Shown here: positions 27,758 to 37,481 of the stretch, piece by piece
Layout of the letters: every line of letters starts with the position of its first letter
Position numbering within the stretch: position 1 is the stretch's first letter
NCBI GenBank assembly: GCA_038063555.1
Contig: JBBTUX010000008.1
Coordinates: forward strand, 1-60,357
Source of the DNA: Patescibacteria group bacterium
Lineage (GTDB): Bacteria > Patescibacteriota > Minisyncoccia > Phycocordibacterales > JAKFXT01
Length of the DNA stretch: 60,357 bases
Direction: 5' to 3'
Made by a program: the position numbers and the translations under genes
Notes under the pieces: model-generated
The model's database searches: none
Told to the model about the DNA's origin: nothing
The model's input: only the letters and a program-made list of their open reading frames with translations

Positions 27758-28627
27758 TTATAGTGATACCGAATAAATTTTTGTGCCATTTTTCAAATAT
27801 AATTCACTGCCATTTACTACTTTAAAATCAAAATCTGGACCAGAAACCAGTTTCTGTATATTCTGTTTGGACCTATCATCAATTTCTATTACATATATAC
27901 CATCTGACAATTTAACGATTAAAAGATCGTCACGACCTGGAAAAAAATCATATGATTTAACTGAAGAAGGGGTGTTTACAAATATCTCCTTTTTACAATT
28001 TATATCCTCACAAAAATAATAGGGTGTAAAATCTACTTCCCCCTCCCATGAAATACGCAGTCGACTAAAGGTATTGTCTATTGTTACTCTTCTTATAGAT
28101 TTTACGCTCTGAGTGGTAGTAGCTGTAGTTGTAGCTTTCACGGGAACAGTAGTAAAAATTTTATTTACATTTTCATATTCTAGATTTCTGATTTGAGTAC
28201 TCAATGAAGTTGTTGTTGCGTTGTTTGTATTTGAAAACCTGGGGATTTCTTCCATACTTGTATCATTATCCAATAGAAAAGGTCTTGCTTCTGTCACTAA
28301 CTCGGGAAAAACCCTCAAGAATTTTACCCAACTTTGCTGTCCATCTTTAGACGCTTTAATTTCATAAATCCCCGGTTTCAAATCTTGAACAAAAATACTT
28401 TTTTGCACTATATTGGTCTTTCTAACCAGCGCATCATTAACATAAATTGAGACCCCTGCTTCATCTGCGCTTATGTAAAAACCACCCGTTAAGGCGACCT
28501 TGAACACTTCTCCAAAATTAGGACGATATCCTTTGGCGTATAAAATCAAAAGTGGAGACACGACAAAAAAAATCACAGTGAGAATTAAAAAATATGATAC
28601 TCTTTTTTTTCGTGAAAGCGGTTGCAT
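27758..28627 (-). CDS. membrane-anchored PEGA-domain protein
   Basis: Start set at MQPLSRKK (ATG overlaps the upstream stop as TAATG). ..SIYVNDALV......PGIYEIKASKDG. Confidence 0.6.
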   Translation of the reverse strand: MQPLSRKKRVSYFLILTVIFFVVSPLLILYAKGYRPNFGEVFKVALTGGFYISADEAGVSIYVNDALVRKTNIVQKSIFVQDLKPGIYEIKASKDGQQSWVKFLRVFPELVTEARPFLLDNDTSMEEIPRFSNTNNATTTSLSTQIRNLEYENVNKIFTTVPVKATTTATTTQSVKSIRRVTIDNTFSRLRISWEGEVDFTPYYFCEDINCKKEIFVNTPSSVKSYDFFPGRDDLLIVKLSDGIYVIEIDDRSKQNIQKLVSGPDFDFKVVNGSELYLKNGTKIYSVSL

Positions 28628-30168
28628 TAAGATATTTTTTCTCTGTGTTTGGGAGTAACCCAAAAACCCATATATTTTCCTGACATTAACCTGGTTTGGG
28701 CATCGAGTCCAGGAAAAGCTCCGAAAATTAAGATTGTCAAAGGAACTAATATCCACTGTAAAATTAAGGCCAATTTTGACGGTTTGTTTTTATCTTTTGG
28801 TGGCTCTGGCAAAAAAGAAATGAAAATAATTGATGACATTATCAACCCAACCATAGCCACTATCATTATATTTCTGGTTAAAATCGGTAAATTATAAGAA
28901 AGAACCGTTTCATTGAATCTGTAGCCACCAAGTATCACAGGAAGCCAGCCCAAAAGAAAAATCATTATTGGGTTTGTGGCAAGAGACCAAAAACCTTCAA
29001 TTTGGACAAATGATGTTTTTATTTTGGTCCAAAGAGATATTTTTTTATTTTTTATAAAACCGAATAATATGTATGGTAAATTTTCTGCTCCATATGTCCA
29101 ACGTCTATGTTGTCTATAAATATTTTTTACGGTTTGCCAAAATGTTGGTGCTACATTCGCATCCATTGAAACTGGATATGAAAGTGGCAAAACCGAGTAA
29201 TCACCGTTGCGCGCTAAAAATAAATTCCAGAATATTCTTGAATCTTCTGAAACCATATTTTTTTGCCAATAACCTATTTCGTGCAAAGATTTGAAAGAAA
29301 CCGAGTGAGAAGAAAAGGTGGCTAATTTTTCTGGCCTCTCCTGTTGCATCATTTGCCAAAAAGTACTGGAGCCAGCCGCAACTCTGGAAAGTGCTGGGGC
29401 GCGCCAAATATTGTTATTATAAAAAGGCACTGGCTGAAACGAAACTTTGTATGGGTCAGGTACGGTAAGAAAATGCCAAGTCAAACACGAAAAGTATTGT
29501 TTGTAGACAACGGTATCGATATCAAAAGCAGAAACTATTACATCATCATAAGTAATTTTGTTTTTGTCTAGAATATTAATTCTTGCCTCTTCCGTTGCGT
29601 ATGCAATATTGGAACCTTTGCCAGCAAGCTCCCCTTCTGTGTCTTTAGGATGAGTGGTAATCAAAAAATCACCGAAAAAATGGGCGTATTTATCTTTTAC
29701 GATTTTAGATATTTCTTGAGCGCCATCTCCAGCCCTTTCTTCTGTAGCCAAAACAATCGCCATTTTTTTCTTATCATATTCAGAATCAGTAATACTTTTC
29801 ACGCTCTGCTCAACAACTTCCAAACTTTCTTTATAAAATGGCAAAACCACAAGATGATATACGTGCTCGTATTTTAGTTTTGAAAGCATTAAAGACCAGT
29901 CCGCTTTCATATTGTGCTTCAAGCGTTTCCAATTATGTCGAAGATGAAAAGAAAGATAAATTGTTTTGAGTAGCCAATATATATCAAAAGCAATAATAAA
30001 ATAAGCTGCGGCAATAGGGGCATAAAGAGAAAGTAAAATAGTCGTCAAAATGGTGCCCCAAGAGAGAAATCCTGGCAGTATTTCAAGGGCTCTGTATATG
30101 ACTCTATCAACACCGAAAAGGTCGCTGGCACGGCCAACTTTGAAATACTTTGTATCTTTATAATCCAT
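28627..30168 (-). CDS. family-2 membrane glycosyltransferase (cellulose-synthase-like)
   Basis: TM-flanked GT-A domain, D.D (FDIDT), QHRRW (QxxRW) motif. Confidence 0.75.
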   Translation of the reverse strand: MDYKDTKYFKVGRASDLFGVDRVIYRALEILPGFLSWGTILTTILLSLYAPIAAAYFIIAFDIYWLLKTIYLSFHLRHNWKRLKHNMKADWSLMLSKLKYEHVYHLVVLPFYKESLEVVEQSVKSITDSEYDKKKMAIVLATEERAGDGAQEISKIVKDKYAHFFGDFLITTHPKDTEGELAGKGSNIAYATEEARINILDKNKITYDDVIVSAFDIDTVVYKQYFSCLTWHFLTVPDPYKVSFQPVPFYNNNIWRAPALSRVAAGSSTFWQMMQQERPEKLATFSSHSVSFKSLHEIGYWQKNMVSEDSRIFWNLFLARNGDYSVLPLSYPVSMDANVAPTFWQTVKNIYRQHRRWTYGAENLPYILFGFIKNKKISLWTKIKTSFVQIEGFWSLATNPIMIFLLGWLPVILGGYRFNETVLSYNLPILTRNIMIVAMVGLIMSSIIFISFLPEPPKDKNKPSKLALILQWILVPLTILIFGAFPGLDAQTRLMSGKYMGFWVTPKHREKIS

Positions 30169-30222
30169 AAAGGTAAGGGCAATTTAGCAAGAAAGAATGA
30201 ATAAATCTAGGAATACTGTTTT

Positions 30223-31224
30223 TTATTGACTAAAGACATTTTTCGCCTCATCAAAATACTCGCTATAACCTTTATCTTTCATCCAGTGCCACCACTCCAC
30301 ACCCCAAAGGTATTGCCTGTCAAAACCAGTCCTCTTGGCAAAATCAATTACTTCAGCAAATTTATTGATATCCATTCTGCTTATTTGCGTTTCCAAGGTT
30401 ACATTATTTATCGGCTCAATTAACCATGGCTCCAAAGAAAGCTCTATGAGGAGGGCTTCCTTTTTGCCAAATAAAAATGAGGAAATGTTTGTCTTTGCCT
30501 TATATATAAAAGGTTTGTAAATTGTCTTGATTTGCCCGATTTCCGGATTCCAAAGATAAATATACACACTGGTGCCGAAAACATCACCCCTAGCCCAAGC
30601 TTTATACCAAAGGCCCAGGTTACCACTATCGGTAATCAAAACTTTTCTTTGTGGGTCTAATTTTTTAACCAAGGCGATTTCTTCTTTCAAGAATTCCTCA
30701 TCCAAATCTCCGCATTGCTCTTTGGCAAAAACGGAAAGATAGGGTTCGTTTTCCACTTGCCAATATTTTATGTTTTCATAACTCTTATATCTTTCAATCA
30801 CTTTTTCTATATAAATAAGTATTTCTTTTTCCTGTTCTTCGGAACTCAAGTTTTTAGCCCAATCGGGTATATGACACTCTGGCCAACTTGGCAATCTTTT
30901 ACCTACAGCCAAAATTACTTCCGCGTTTCTTTCTTCAGCTTCTTTTATTTGAAAATCAAGTTCCTCAAAATTGTAATTATCTTTTTGCGGTTCAATCATT
31001 GGCCAATGAGCCGATAATCTAAAGTTTCTTACTTTTAAATCATCTAGGATTGAAATAAAGACGTCTTTCCAAGAAAGACCGAGTTCCTCGGCGCGAAATT
31101 TGCTAAAAGAAACACCGTAAGAAATTTTCTCTGGATTTTTACGAAAAGAAAATAAAATCAAAATAAAAACCATTAAAGCAATTGCCCAGAAAACGGCCTT
31201 TAATATTTTTTTTAAAATAATCAT
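30223..31224 (-). CDS. membrane-anchored TIM-barrel glycoside hydrolase (clan GH-A type)
   Basis: ..RLSAHWPMIEP.., YWQVENEP catalytic-acid motif. Confidence 0.55.
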   Translation of the reverse strand: MIILKKILKAVFWAIALMVFILILFSFRKNPEKISYGVSFSKFRAEELGLSWKDVFISILDDLKVRNFRLSAHWPMIEPQKDNYNFEELDFQIKEAEERNAEVILAVGKRLPSWPECHIPDWAKNLSSEEQEKEILIYIEKVIERYKSYENIKYWQVENEPYLSVFAKEQCGDLDEEFLKEEIALVKKLDPQRKVLITDSGNLGLWYKAWARGDVFGTSVYIYLWNPEIGQIKTIYKPFIYKAKTNISSFLFGKKEALLIELSLEPWLIEPINNVTLETQISRMDINKFAEVIDFAKRTGFDRQYLWGVEWWHWMKDKGYSEYFDEAKNVFSQ

Positions 31225-32126
31225 AGGAACAAAACTGAAAAACCAAGCACTATAAAAAACATGGCGATTACTTTGTGTAATATGTGACCCGTTCTGAATT
31301 CATGATGATAAAGGTCGGGTAATTTCTTAGCAAAAAATAGTATCAATAAGAAAACAAATACAAATTGCAGGGAGGAAAGAGCGTTCACAACGGAAACTGA
31401 ACCAAGGTGAATTGCATACAATATGAACAAGAAAGCCACCCCGCCCAATATTCTATTAGCTATAACTAGAAAACTCGTTCTGTGGGAAGTGTTTTTTGAT
31501 ATAATAAAAACGTGATTCCTAATAGAGGGAAGGGCCAATAGGCTCAAAGCGGCGATAAGATTTCCCATACGTGACCAAAAAAATCCATCTACAAAATCGG
31601 TGTGGGAAAAAAGAATTTTTAATAAAACGGCTGATAAACCAAACAAGATACCAGAAACCACTACTTGTAAAAAAGAACGGGCATAAAACCGAAAATGTCC
31701 CACAAAAAGAATACCCAATATGAAAAGCGCCATAGCATAGGGAAATGTTTTCGGTAATTGCTCATTCAAAAATATAGCTCCGAAAATAAATGTTGTTAGC
31801 GTAGAAATGGCTGTAAGCCAAGCTACAACATCTGTGGCATTAGCGTGCTTAAGTGCTCTAAAAAGAAAAAGGATTGAGGCGACAAAGACAAACCCTATAT
31901 TAAGTGAAAGCCAAATTGTCTCTGAATCTGGTATATCAATTACCCCAAACGGAACCAAAATAAGGACAATCCCCGACATTAAGCTCACATAAAAAGCATA
32001 GACTCCAGGCTTACTTATTGATGTTTTAGTAACAATGTACTTATCAATTAAAACGATTACTGCATTAAGGATTTGTCCAACCAGAACGAAAACAATCGAT
32101 AGGGTAAAAGCTAAGTCTGGATTCAT
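31221..32126 (-). CDS. EamA/DMT-family transporter
   Basis: 301 aa, about 10 TM segments, overlapping stops and starts with both neighbours. Confidence 0.6.
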   Translation of the reverse strand: MNPDLAFTLSIVFVLVGQILNAVIVLIDKYIVTKTSISKPGVYAFYVSLMSGIVLILVPFGVIDIPDSETIWLSLNIGFVFVASILFLFRALKHANATDVVAWLTAISTLTTFIFGAIFLNEQLPKTFPYAMALFILGILFVGHFRFYARSFLQVVVSGILFGLSAVLLKILFSHTDFVDGFFWSRMGNLIAALSLLALPSIRNHVFIISKNTSHRTSFLVIANRILGGVAFLFILYAIHLGSVSVVNALSSLQFVFVFLLILFFAKKLPDLYHHEFRTGHILHKVIAMFFIVLGFSVLFL

Positions 32127-33280
32127 ACGAGTGAATTATTTTCAGCTATTTTTTTATAAACATAGGCGGAAGGTCTTATTTTTCTTTCTAGGGTTTTCCT
32201 ATCAACCTCTACAAGTCCAAAGCGTGGCCAAAAACCCTTATCCCATTCAAAATTATCCATGAGTGACCAATGGAAATATCCTTTGACATCAACTCCTTCG
32301 TCAATTGCCTTTTTAACAAATGAAAGATAATTTTTTATAAAATCTCCTCTTATAATATCTTTTTCATCAGCAATACCATTTTCTGTAATGTAAATTGGTT
32401 TATTATATTTTTTTAATTGTAATAAACATCTATAAATTGCCTCAGGAAAAATAGTCCACCCCATGTCCGATTTCGGTAAAATCTTTTTTTCTCCCAAATG
32501 GAAATAACTGTAATGGTTGAGTCCTATAAAATCCTGATATTTAGAAATTCCATCTAGAAATCTAATATTTCTAAACCAAGTCGCAAAATTTGCTAACAAC
32601 CCCCATAAAAATCCTTTCGATGAATAATAAATATTATTCTTAGCCAAACCAATGTTTATATTTGAATTCATCTTTTTCATTTCAACATAAGCTAAATTGT
32701 GAGATTTTATTAATCTATTTATAACAAATAAAAATTGTAATGGGTTATGTTTAAAGGGTAGCCAATTACCTCTTATATATCCATTTGTTGAAAAAACCAT
32801 TGGCTCATTAATTGTTATCCAAAAATTGGCTTCATTCCCCAATTTAGAAACAACATATTTACAATATTTAGCAAAAATTTCTGGTGCTTCTTTATTTTCA
32901 AAGCCACCTTTATCAGAAAACCACGTCGGTAAAGTAAAATGCCAAAGTGTTACAAATGGCTCTATCCCACGTTTTTTTAAAGATTGTATTACCCTTCTGT
33001 AATGTTCAATTTCTTTTTCATCAAAATCCCCTTCTTTTGGCTCAACTCTAGACCATTCAAGGGAGATTCTGTGTGCGTTTTGGGAAAGTGATCGGACAAT
33101 ATCAAAATCTTCTTCATATCTATTATAGTGATCACAAGCCATACCTGCTTTTGGTACTTTTTCTTCTCTTCCTGCTTTAGCCCAATCATTATTTTCTATT
33201 CCCCCCTCCACTTGATATGAAGCTGTAGCCGAACCCCACAAAAAACCTTTCGGAAAATTACCTCTGTTGCCAATTTGCAT
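32123..33280 (-). CDS. glycoside hydrolase family 1 (beta-glucosidase-like, short)
   Basis: FLWGSATASYQVEGG, ITINEP, YITENG, WSLMDNFEW. Confidence 0.85.
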   Translation of the reverse strand: MQIGNRGNFPKGFLWGSATASYQVEGGIENNDWAKAGREEKVPKAGMACDHYNRYEEDFDIVRSLSQNAHRISLEWSRVEPKEGDFDEKEIEHYRRVIQSLKKRGIEPFVTLWHFTLPTWFSDKGGFENKEAPEIFAKYCKYVVSKLGNEANFWITINEPMVFSTNGYIRGNWLPFKHNPLQFLFVINRLIKSHNLAYVEMKKMNSNINIGLAKNNIYYSSKGFLWGLLANFATWFRNIRFLDGISKYQDFIGLNHYSYFHLGEKKILPKSDMGWTIFPEAIYRCLLQLKKYNKPIYITENGIADEKDIIRGDFIKNYLSFVKKAIDEGVDVKGYFHWSLMDNFEWDKGFWPRFGLVEVDRKTLERKIRPSAYVYKKIAENNSLV

Positions 33281-33349
33281 GAAATTTAATTCATCAAATT
33301 ATAACAAGAAAATTGAAGAAAAACCCGCTATTTAAAATATGATTCGGAG

Positions 33350-33378
33350 CCCGCCTCCCAGGCTTGAACTGGGGACCT
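33350..33378 (-). pseudogene. orphan tRNA 3' fragment (variable loop, T arm and acceptor 3' strand)
   Basis: 29 nt identical to 33438-33466 of the intact tRNA-Thr. Confidence 0.7.
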
Positions 33379-33382
33379 ATTT

Positions 33383-33571
33383 ATCCCGTTAGAAAATCGC
33401 ATGGAGCAATTATAGAAAGTTGCTTCCATTTTCCGAGCCGCCTCCCAGGCTTGAACTGGGGACCTACTCATTACAAGTGAGTTGCTCTACCAACTGAGCT
33501 AAGGCGGCTCGGAAAACACAAGTTTTTTAATTCAAATGTACAATCGGGTTTTAATTTATTTTCTAACGGGA
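33383..33571. repeat. segment bounded by 14-bp perfect inverted repeats TCCCGTTAGAAAAT / ATTTTCTAACGGGA that contains the intact tRNA-Thr
   Basis: Arms at 33383-33396 and 33558-33571. The same terminal motif occurs at 3472-3484 and 50016-50023. Confidence 0.7.
33436..33508 (-). tRNA. tRNA-Thr (anticodon UGU), no encoded CCA
   Basis: Manual cloverleaf: GCCGCCT TA GCTC AGTTGGTA GAGC A ACTCA CTTGTAA TGAGT AGGTC CCCAG TTCAAGC CTGGG AGGCGGC T (73 nt). Confidence 0.9.
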
Positions 33572-33612
33572 CGGGCAAAACCGTTGCTCTGCAGAACCCA
33601 AGCTAAGGCGGC
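33572..33612 (-). pseudogene. orphan tRNA 5' fragment (acceptor 5' strand, D arm and a degenerate anticodon region)
   Basis: GCCGCCTTAGCT is identical to the tRNA-Thr 5' end and GAGCAAC is conserved. No matching 3' half is contiguous. Confidence 0.55.
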
Positions 33613-33657
33613 AATAGTGCCTACTTTAACAAATACTCTCAAAATGGCAAAACGTTT

Positions 33658-34092
33658 TTACTTCTTACTATCAGCTTCAACAGATTTTTCTACTTCCTTT
33701 TCAAACTCTTTTTTCATTTCTTCACTACCCTGAACTGCGGCACTCTTAAATTCCGCCACATCCCTTAAAAAAGCTGAAACAGGCCCCGATGCTTTGGGTA
33801 TGACCTTACCTCTAATTAATTCAAATATTTCCGAACTAGTGAATTTTTTCCAAATTAAAGTGATGAGGTCAACAATCTTTGCCACCAAAAAAGCTAGGGT
33901 GATGCGAGCGGTTGTCCAACTTATATAGCGTGAATGGGATTTTAGATTCTCTATACCTCTTCTAACCAAAATATCCAATCTGTAACGCAAAACAGAAAAA
34001 GGTTTAGCACCACGATGAAGCTCCCATGCCTTGAGAGAAACAAGTATCATTATCCCTATTAGAGATGAGAAGAATATATAAATTAGCCCCAT
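33658..34092 (-). CDS. hypothetical membrane protein
   Basis: 144-aa ORF with an N-terminal TM segment and an acidic/lysine-rich tail. Confidence 0.55.
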   Translation of the reverse strand: MGLIYIFFSSLIGIMILVSLKAWELHRGAKPFSVLRYRLDILVRRGIENLKSHSRYISWTTARITLAFLVAKIVDLITLIWKKFTSSEIFELIRGKVIPKASGPVSAFLRDVAEFKSAAVQGSEEMKKEFEKEVEKSVEADSKK

Positions 34093-34112
34093 AGGACTTG
34101 ATTATACCAAAA

Positions 34113-34700
34113 TTAAGCCTTCAATCTTGTGAAAGTGGAAATAACCACGCGTTCACCAAATCTCTGAACCGCTTCAGAAATAAGAACTTTAATGGTCACA
34201 TCGGGATTCTTTATAAAGGACTGTTCAAGCAAAACCTTATCCTTAAAATAAGAATCCAATTTACCTGCTACTATTTTTTCGCGCATTTCTACCGATTTGC
34301 CCTCGGATTCTTTTTCAAAAACTTCTCTAGCTTTTTTCATATCGCCTTCCGGAATATCATCAAGAGAAAGGTATTCTGGATTACTTGCGGCAACATGCAT
34401 GGCTATGTCATATGCCAACTTTCTGAAATCTTCATTTTTTGAAACGAAATCGGTTTCACTTTGCAAAACAACCATGGCTCCAATTGTGCCATTGCTGTGC
34501 AAATATGAACCGATAGCGCCAGAACCCAATTCTCTATCTCCTTTTTTGGCGGCTATTTCACCGCTTTTTTTCCTTAAAATAATCAATGCCTTTTCGCTAT
34601 CGCCCAGAGCTTCTTCCAGCGCTTTCTTGCATTGCATGACCGAAACCCCCGTTTTATCACGAAGCTCCTTTATTGAATCTACGCTAATGTTTTTACTCAT
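34113..34700 (-). CDS. tsf: elongation factor Ts (short form)
   Basis: ..IKELRDKTGVSVMQCKKALEEA.. UBA-like N-terminus. Downstream of rpsB. Confidence 0.88.
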   Translation of the reverse strand: MSKNISVDSIKELRDKTGVSVMQCKKALEEALGDSEKALIILRKKSGEIAAKKGDRELGSGAIGSYLHSNGTIGAMVVLQSETDFVSKNEDFRKLAYDIAMHVAASNPEYLSLDDIPEGDMKKAREVFEKESEGKSVEMREKIVAGKLDSYFKDKVLLEQSFIKNPDVTIKVLISEAVQRFGERVVISTFTRLKA

Positions 34701-34713
34701 AATTTTTGACTCG

Positions 34714-34750
34714 ACCCCAACCCCATAGGATAATCCTATGGGGTTGGGGT
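34714..34750. repeat. CCCCATAGGA palindrome, copy 1
   Basis: ACCCCAACCCCATAGGAT-A-ATCCTATGGGGTTGGGGT, between rpsB and tsf. Confidence 0.85.
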
Positions 34751-34755
34751 TAGCT

Positions 34756-35493
34756 TTAAGAAATCTCTGGGCTAGAGGTTATGCTTTTCAACCCTTCTTT
34801 GTAAGATTGAACCATTTCATCAAGAAAAATAGAAATGCTACTTTTAAGCGAATCGTTGCCAGGCACAGGGTAATTCACTTCTTTCAAATTGCAATCGGAA
34901 TTCAGTAAAGCGATGACTGGTATTTTCAAATCTTTGGCTTCTTTAACCGCAATATTCTCACGCTTTGAATCAATCACAATGAGAGCGGAGGGAAGAGCTT
35001 TCATAGTGCGAATACCACCGAAATTGTGTATTAAACGAGTAATTTCCCTATCTATAAGCAAACGCTCCTTTTTGGTGTAGCGATTAAGTTCACCTGACTC
35101 CTTTTCCTCCAAAAATTTTTCTAATTTTTCTATTCTTTTCCTGATTTGAACAAAATTTGTAAGAGTTCCTCCAATGAAACGTCCCGCAACACGAGGCATA
35201 CCAATAGCATCTGCCGCCTTCTCCACCATATCCCTTGACTCTTGTTTACCACCGACTATTAAGACAACTTTTCTTTCTTTGCCTAAACTTTTTACAAATT
35301 CCTTGGCCAAGGAAAGCGCTCCGAAAACTGTCTCTAAATTAAAAATTTCAACTCTATTTTTAGAACCGAAAATAAAAGGTGAGATGGAAGGGTGGCGACG
35401 TGATTTTGAGTAAGCGTATTGAACCCCCGCTTTAAAAAGGCGCTCTATTGTAGAATTTTCTGATTCTCCTGTTTCGGCAGTTACAACTTTCAT
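34756..35493 (-). CDS. rpsB: 30S ribosomal protein S2
   Basis: Start set at MKVVTAE (ATG at 35493, GGAG upstream). ..LFKAGVQYAYSKSRRHP.., ..PVIALLNSDCN. Confidence 0.85.
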   Translation of the reverse strand: MKVVTAETGESENSTIERLFKAGVQYAYSKSRRHPSISPFIFGSKNRVEIFNLETVFGALSLAKEFVKSLGKERKVVLIVGGKQESRDMVEKAADAIGMPRVAGRFIGGTLTNFVQIRKRIEKLEKFLEEKESGELNRYTKKERLLIDREITRLIHNFGGIRTMKALPSALIVIDSKRENIAVKEAKDLKIPVIALLNSDCNLKEVNYPVPGNDSLKSSISIFLDEMVQSYKEGLKSITSSPEIS

Positions 35494-35575
35494 AGTAGCG
35501 CTCCACTTTAACAAAAAGGGTGTCGTTTGGCAACACACTAGTCGTAATATGCCCAAATTGCTTCAACCCCCTTAC

Positions 35576-35622
35576 CCCATAGGACTATCCTATGGGGTGG
35601 TCCTATGGGGTAATTGGTGAGC
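35576..35622. repeat. CCCCATAGGAC repeat, copy 2
   Basis: CCCCCTTACCCCATAGGACTATCCTATGGGGTGGTCCTATGGGGTA. Confidence 0.85.
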
Positions 35623-35679
35623 ATATAGCAAAATTCTATTTTTGAGTCCGGAGCTAAATACTTCTTAGTTTTATGCTAT

Positions 35680-36579
35680 TTAAATCTCTTGATAGTTTGG
35701 ATTTAGGCGACAAGAAAACCTTTTTGTCGCGGCAACAGTATTGCCGTTATAACAGGTTATGGTGTAAGTTGCGGAGCCGACCGTATCCACCCCAATTCTG
35801 GGCGTGATAAATAGCCCGGTGGGAGCTTCGTTTTGTTTATTAACTCCTGGTCCAACTATAGTGCATCTTGTGGCGGGAGATGCATCCCAGACAATACTAC
35901 AAACGCCACCAAGCCCTACAATTTCTGATTCACGCGGAATTATGGTTGTAACAACTTCACAATCTGGTCCACCAATTTCGCAATTAGGAGGAATCGTAGT
36001 CGCGGTCGTTGTCCCCACTTCAATTTCCACATCATTACAATCCAAATCGTCAGCTGGCCTAATAGCCCCACAGGCGCCACTGCAACCTCTATAACCTTGA
36101 CCAAAAACTCCGCAATTATTTGGCTGAGATTGGCAATATTGGCCCGCTCCATTAGGTAAAGGCAACGTTTGAGCACTACAACTACCATCACACTGACGAG
36201 TACCTGAATTACTTACTCCACAAGAATTAGTTACGCTGCAAGTTGTACCCAAATCAGCTGGCACCGGAGGAACAGTGGCATTACAAACACCGCCACATTG
36301 ATAAGTGCCGGGAGCGGTTGCCCCGCATGAATTTAGAGCTGATTGACAAGAAGTACCATAAGTAGGATCATCATGTAAATCAGAAGGACAAGAAGCTGGA
36401 ATGCTGCGTCCACTTAACTCACCGTTGGGGGATAAACTATAAAAAGAAAACTCCGAGGACTTAAAGGTAACACCTCCATCTTTAAATAAGTTGCCAATTA
36501 ACAAAAACACACCCAAAACAAACAAAAAGATTACGGCGTATAGATTTTTTTTCGCAAAAGAGATCAGATTCTTCTCCAT
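35680..36579 (-). CDS. secreted Cys-rich repeat protein
   Basis: N-terminal TM/signal segment. Repeated C..NSCG....G...C.G.C modules. Confidence 0.6.
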   Translation of the reverse strand: MEKNLISFAKKNLYAVIFLFVLGVFLLIGNLFKDGGVTFKSSEFSFYSLSPNGELSGRSIPASCPSDLHDDPTYGTSCQSALNSCGATAPGTYQCGGVCNATVPPVPADLGTTCSVTNSCGVSNSGTRQCDGSCSAQTLPLPNGAGQYCQSQPNNCGVFGQGYRGCSGACGAIRPADDLDCNDVEIEVGTTTATTIPPNCEIGGPDCEVVTTIIPRESEIVGLGGVCSIVWDASPATRCTIVGPGVNKQNEAPTGLFITPRIGVDTVGSATYTITCYNGNTVAATKRFSCRLNPNYQEI

Positions 36580-36640
36580 TAATACTATGTTAGCACTATC
36601 ACCCAAAGCTTTTCTAATTCCTTATCCACACAAACATCTG

Positions 36641-37339
36641 CTAATAATCCTTCAGAAGGTCCAAATTGTAAATTATTGCTTCCCTAGTAGCCATGTGCCC
36701 GTCTTTATATATCTTAGGGTCATTTCCTGGATACGCTTTCCCCCACTGCTCGGCGGTCGTTTTATCAATATTTTCTAAAGCCTTTTCAAAGGCGACTTTA
36801 GCTTCAGACATATCTTTCAAATTAATTAATGCAATGCCCAAAGAATTATAGAGCCAAGGATTATTTCCAGCATACCTTAGACCATCAACAGCAATATCAC
36901 GTGCTAACTCAAAGTCCCCTTTTTGGAAATACACCCAAGAAAGATCGTTGTAGGATGCCCAATTAAACGAGTCGTATTCTTGAAACTTTTTAAATCCATT
37001 TACAGCTGTCTCAAAATCCCCAGCATAACCCGCTATCAAACCCTCCATATAATAAGATTTGTAAAAATCTGGATATAAACTTATCTCTTTGTTTATTTCA
37101 TTTTTTGCTTCAATAAACCGTGCGTTCAAAAAACTTATTCTTGCTAATTGATAATGGGCTCTCGGGTAATCTTCTTCTATTGAAACAACCTTCCTAAAAT
37201 ATTTTTCTGCTTTTTTTAAATCATACACCCCACCACCAAAATAATAATTTCCTATACTAAAATAAATGTTTTCTCGTGAAAAAAAAATCACTACCAAAAA
37301 AACAAGAGAAATTAAAATATATAAAACTTTTTTGCTCAT
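36641..37339 (-). CDS. TPR-repeat protein with N-terminal membrane anchor
   Basis: Several 34-aa A/Y/G-patterned repeats (..AHYQLARISF.., ..SYYMEGLIAGYAGDFETAV..). Confidence 0.7.
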   Translation of the reverse strand: MSKKVLYILISLVFLVVIFFSRENIYFSIGNYYFGGGVYDLKKAEKYFRKVVSIEEDYPRAHYQLARISFLNARFIEAKNEINKEISLYPDFYKSYYMEGLIAGYAGDFETAVNGFKKFQEYDSFNWASYNDLSWVYFQKGDFELARDIAVDGLRYAGNNPWLYNSLGIALINLKDMSEAKVAFEKALENIDKTTAEQWGKAYPGNDPKIYKDGHMATREAIIYNLDLLKDY

Positions 37340-37481
37340 AAAAGAAGCATATCATCTCAGCCTAAATCAAAAAATATACATTTAAACAGCGTTTGACAAA
37401 ATCAATTTTTTGTCATTATAATCGAATTGGATTGATTTATCGGCAATTTTACCCCCAAACTCAGAGGTTAAGGAGCACTCG

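Noticed and set aside
33350-33612. Intron-containing or split functional tRNA formed by the two orphan halves
   Set aside because: After removing the inverted-repeat-bounded segment, the junction (..GAGCAACGGTTTTGCCCG + TAAATAGGTC..) cannot form a 5-bp anticodon stem with a 7-nt loop. Position 1-72 would also be a G-G mismatch.
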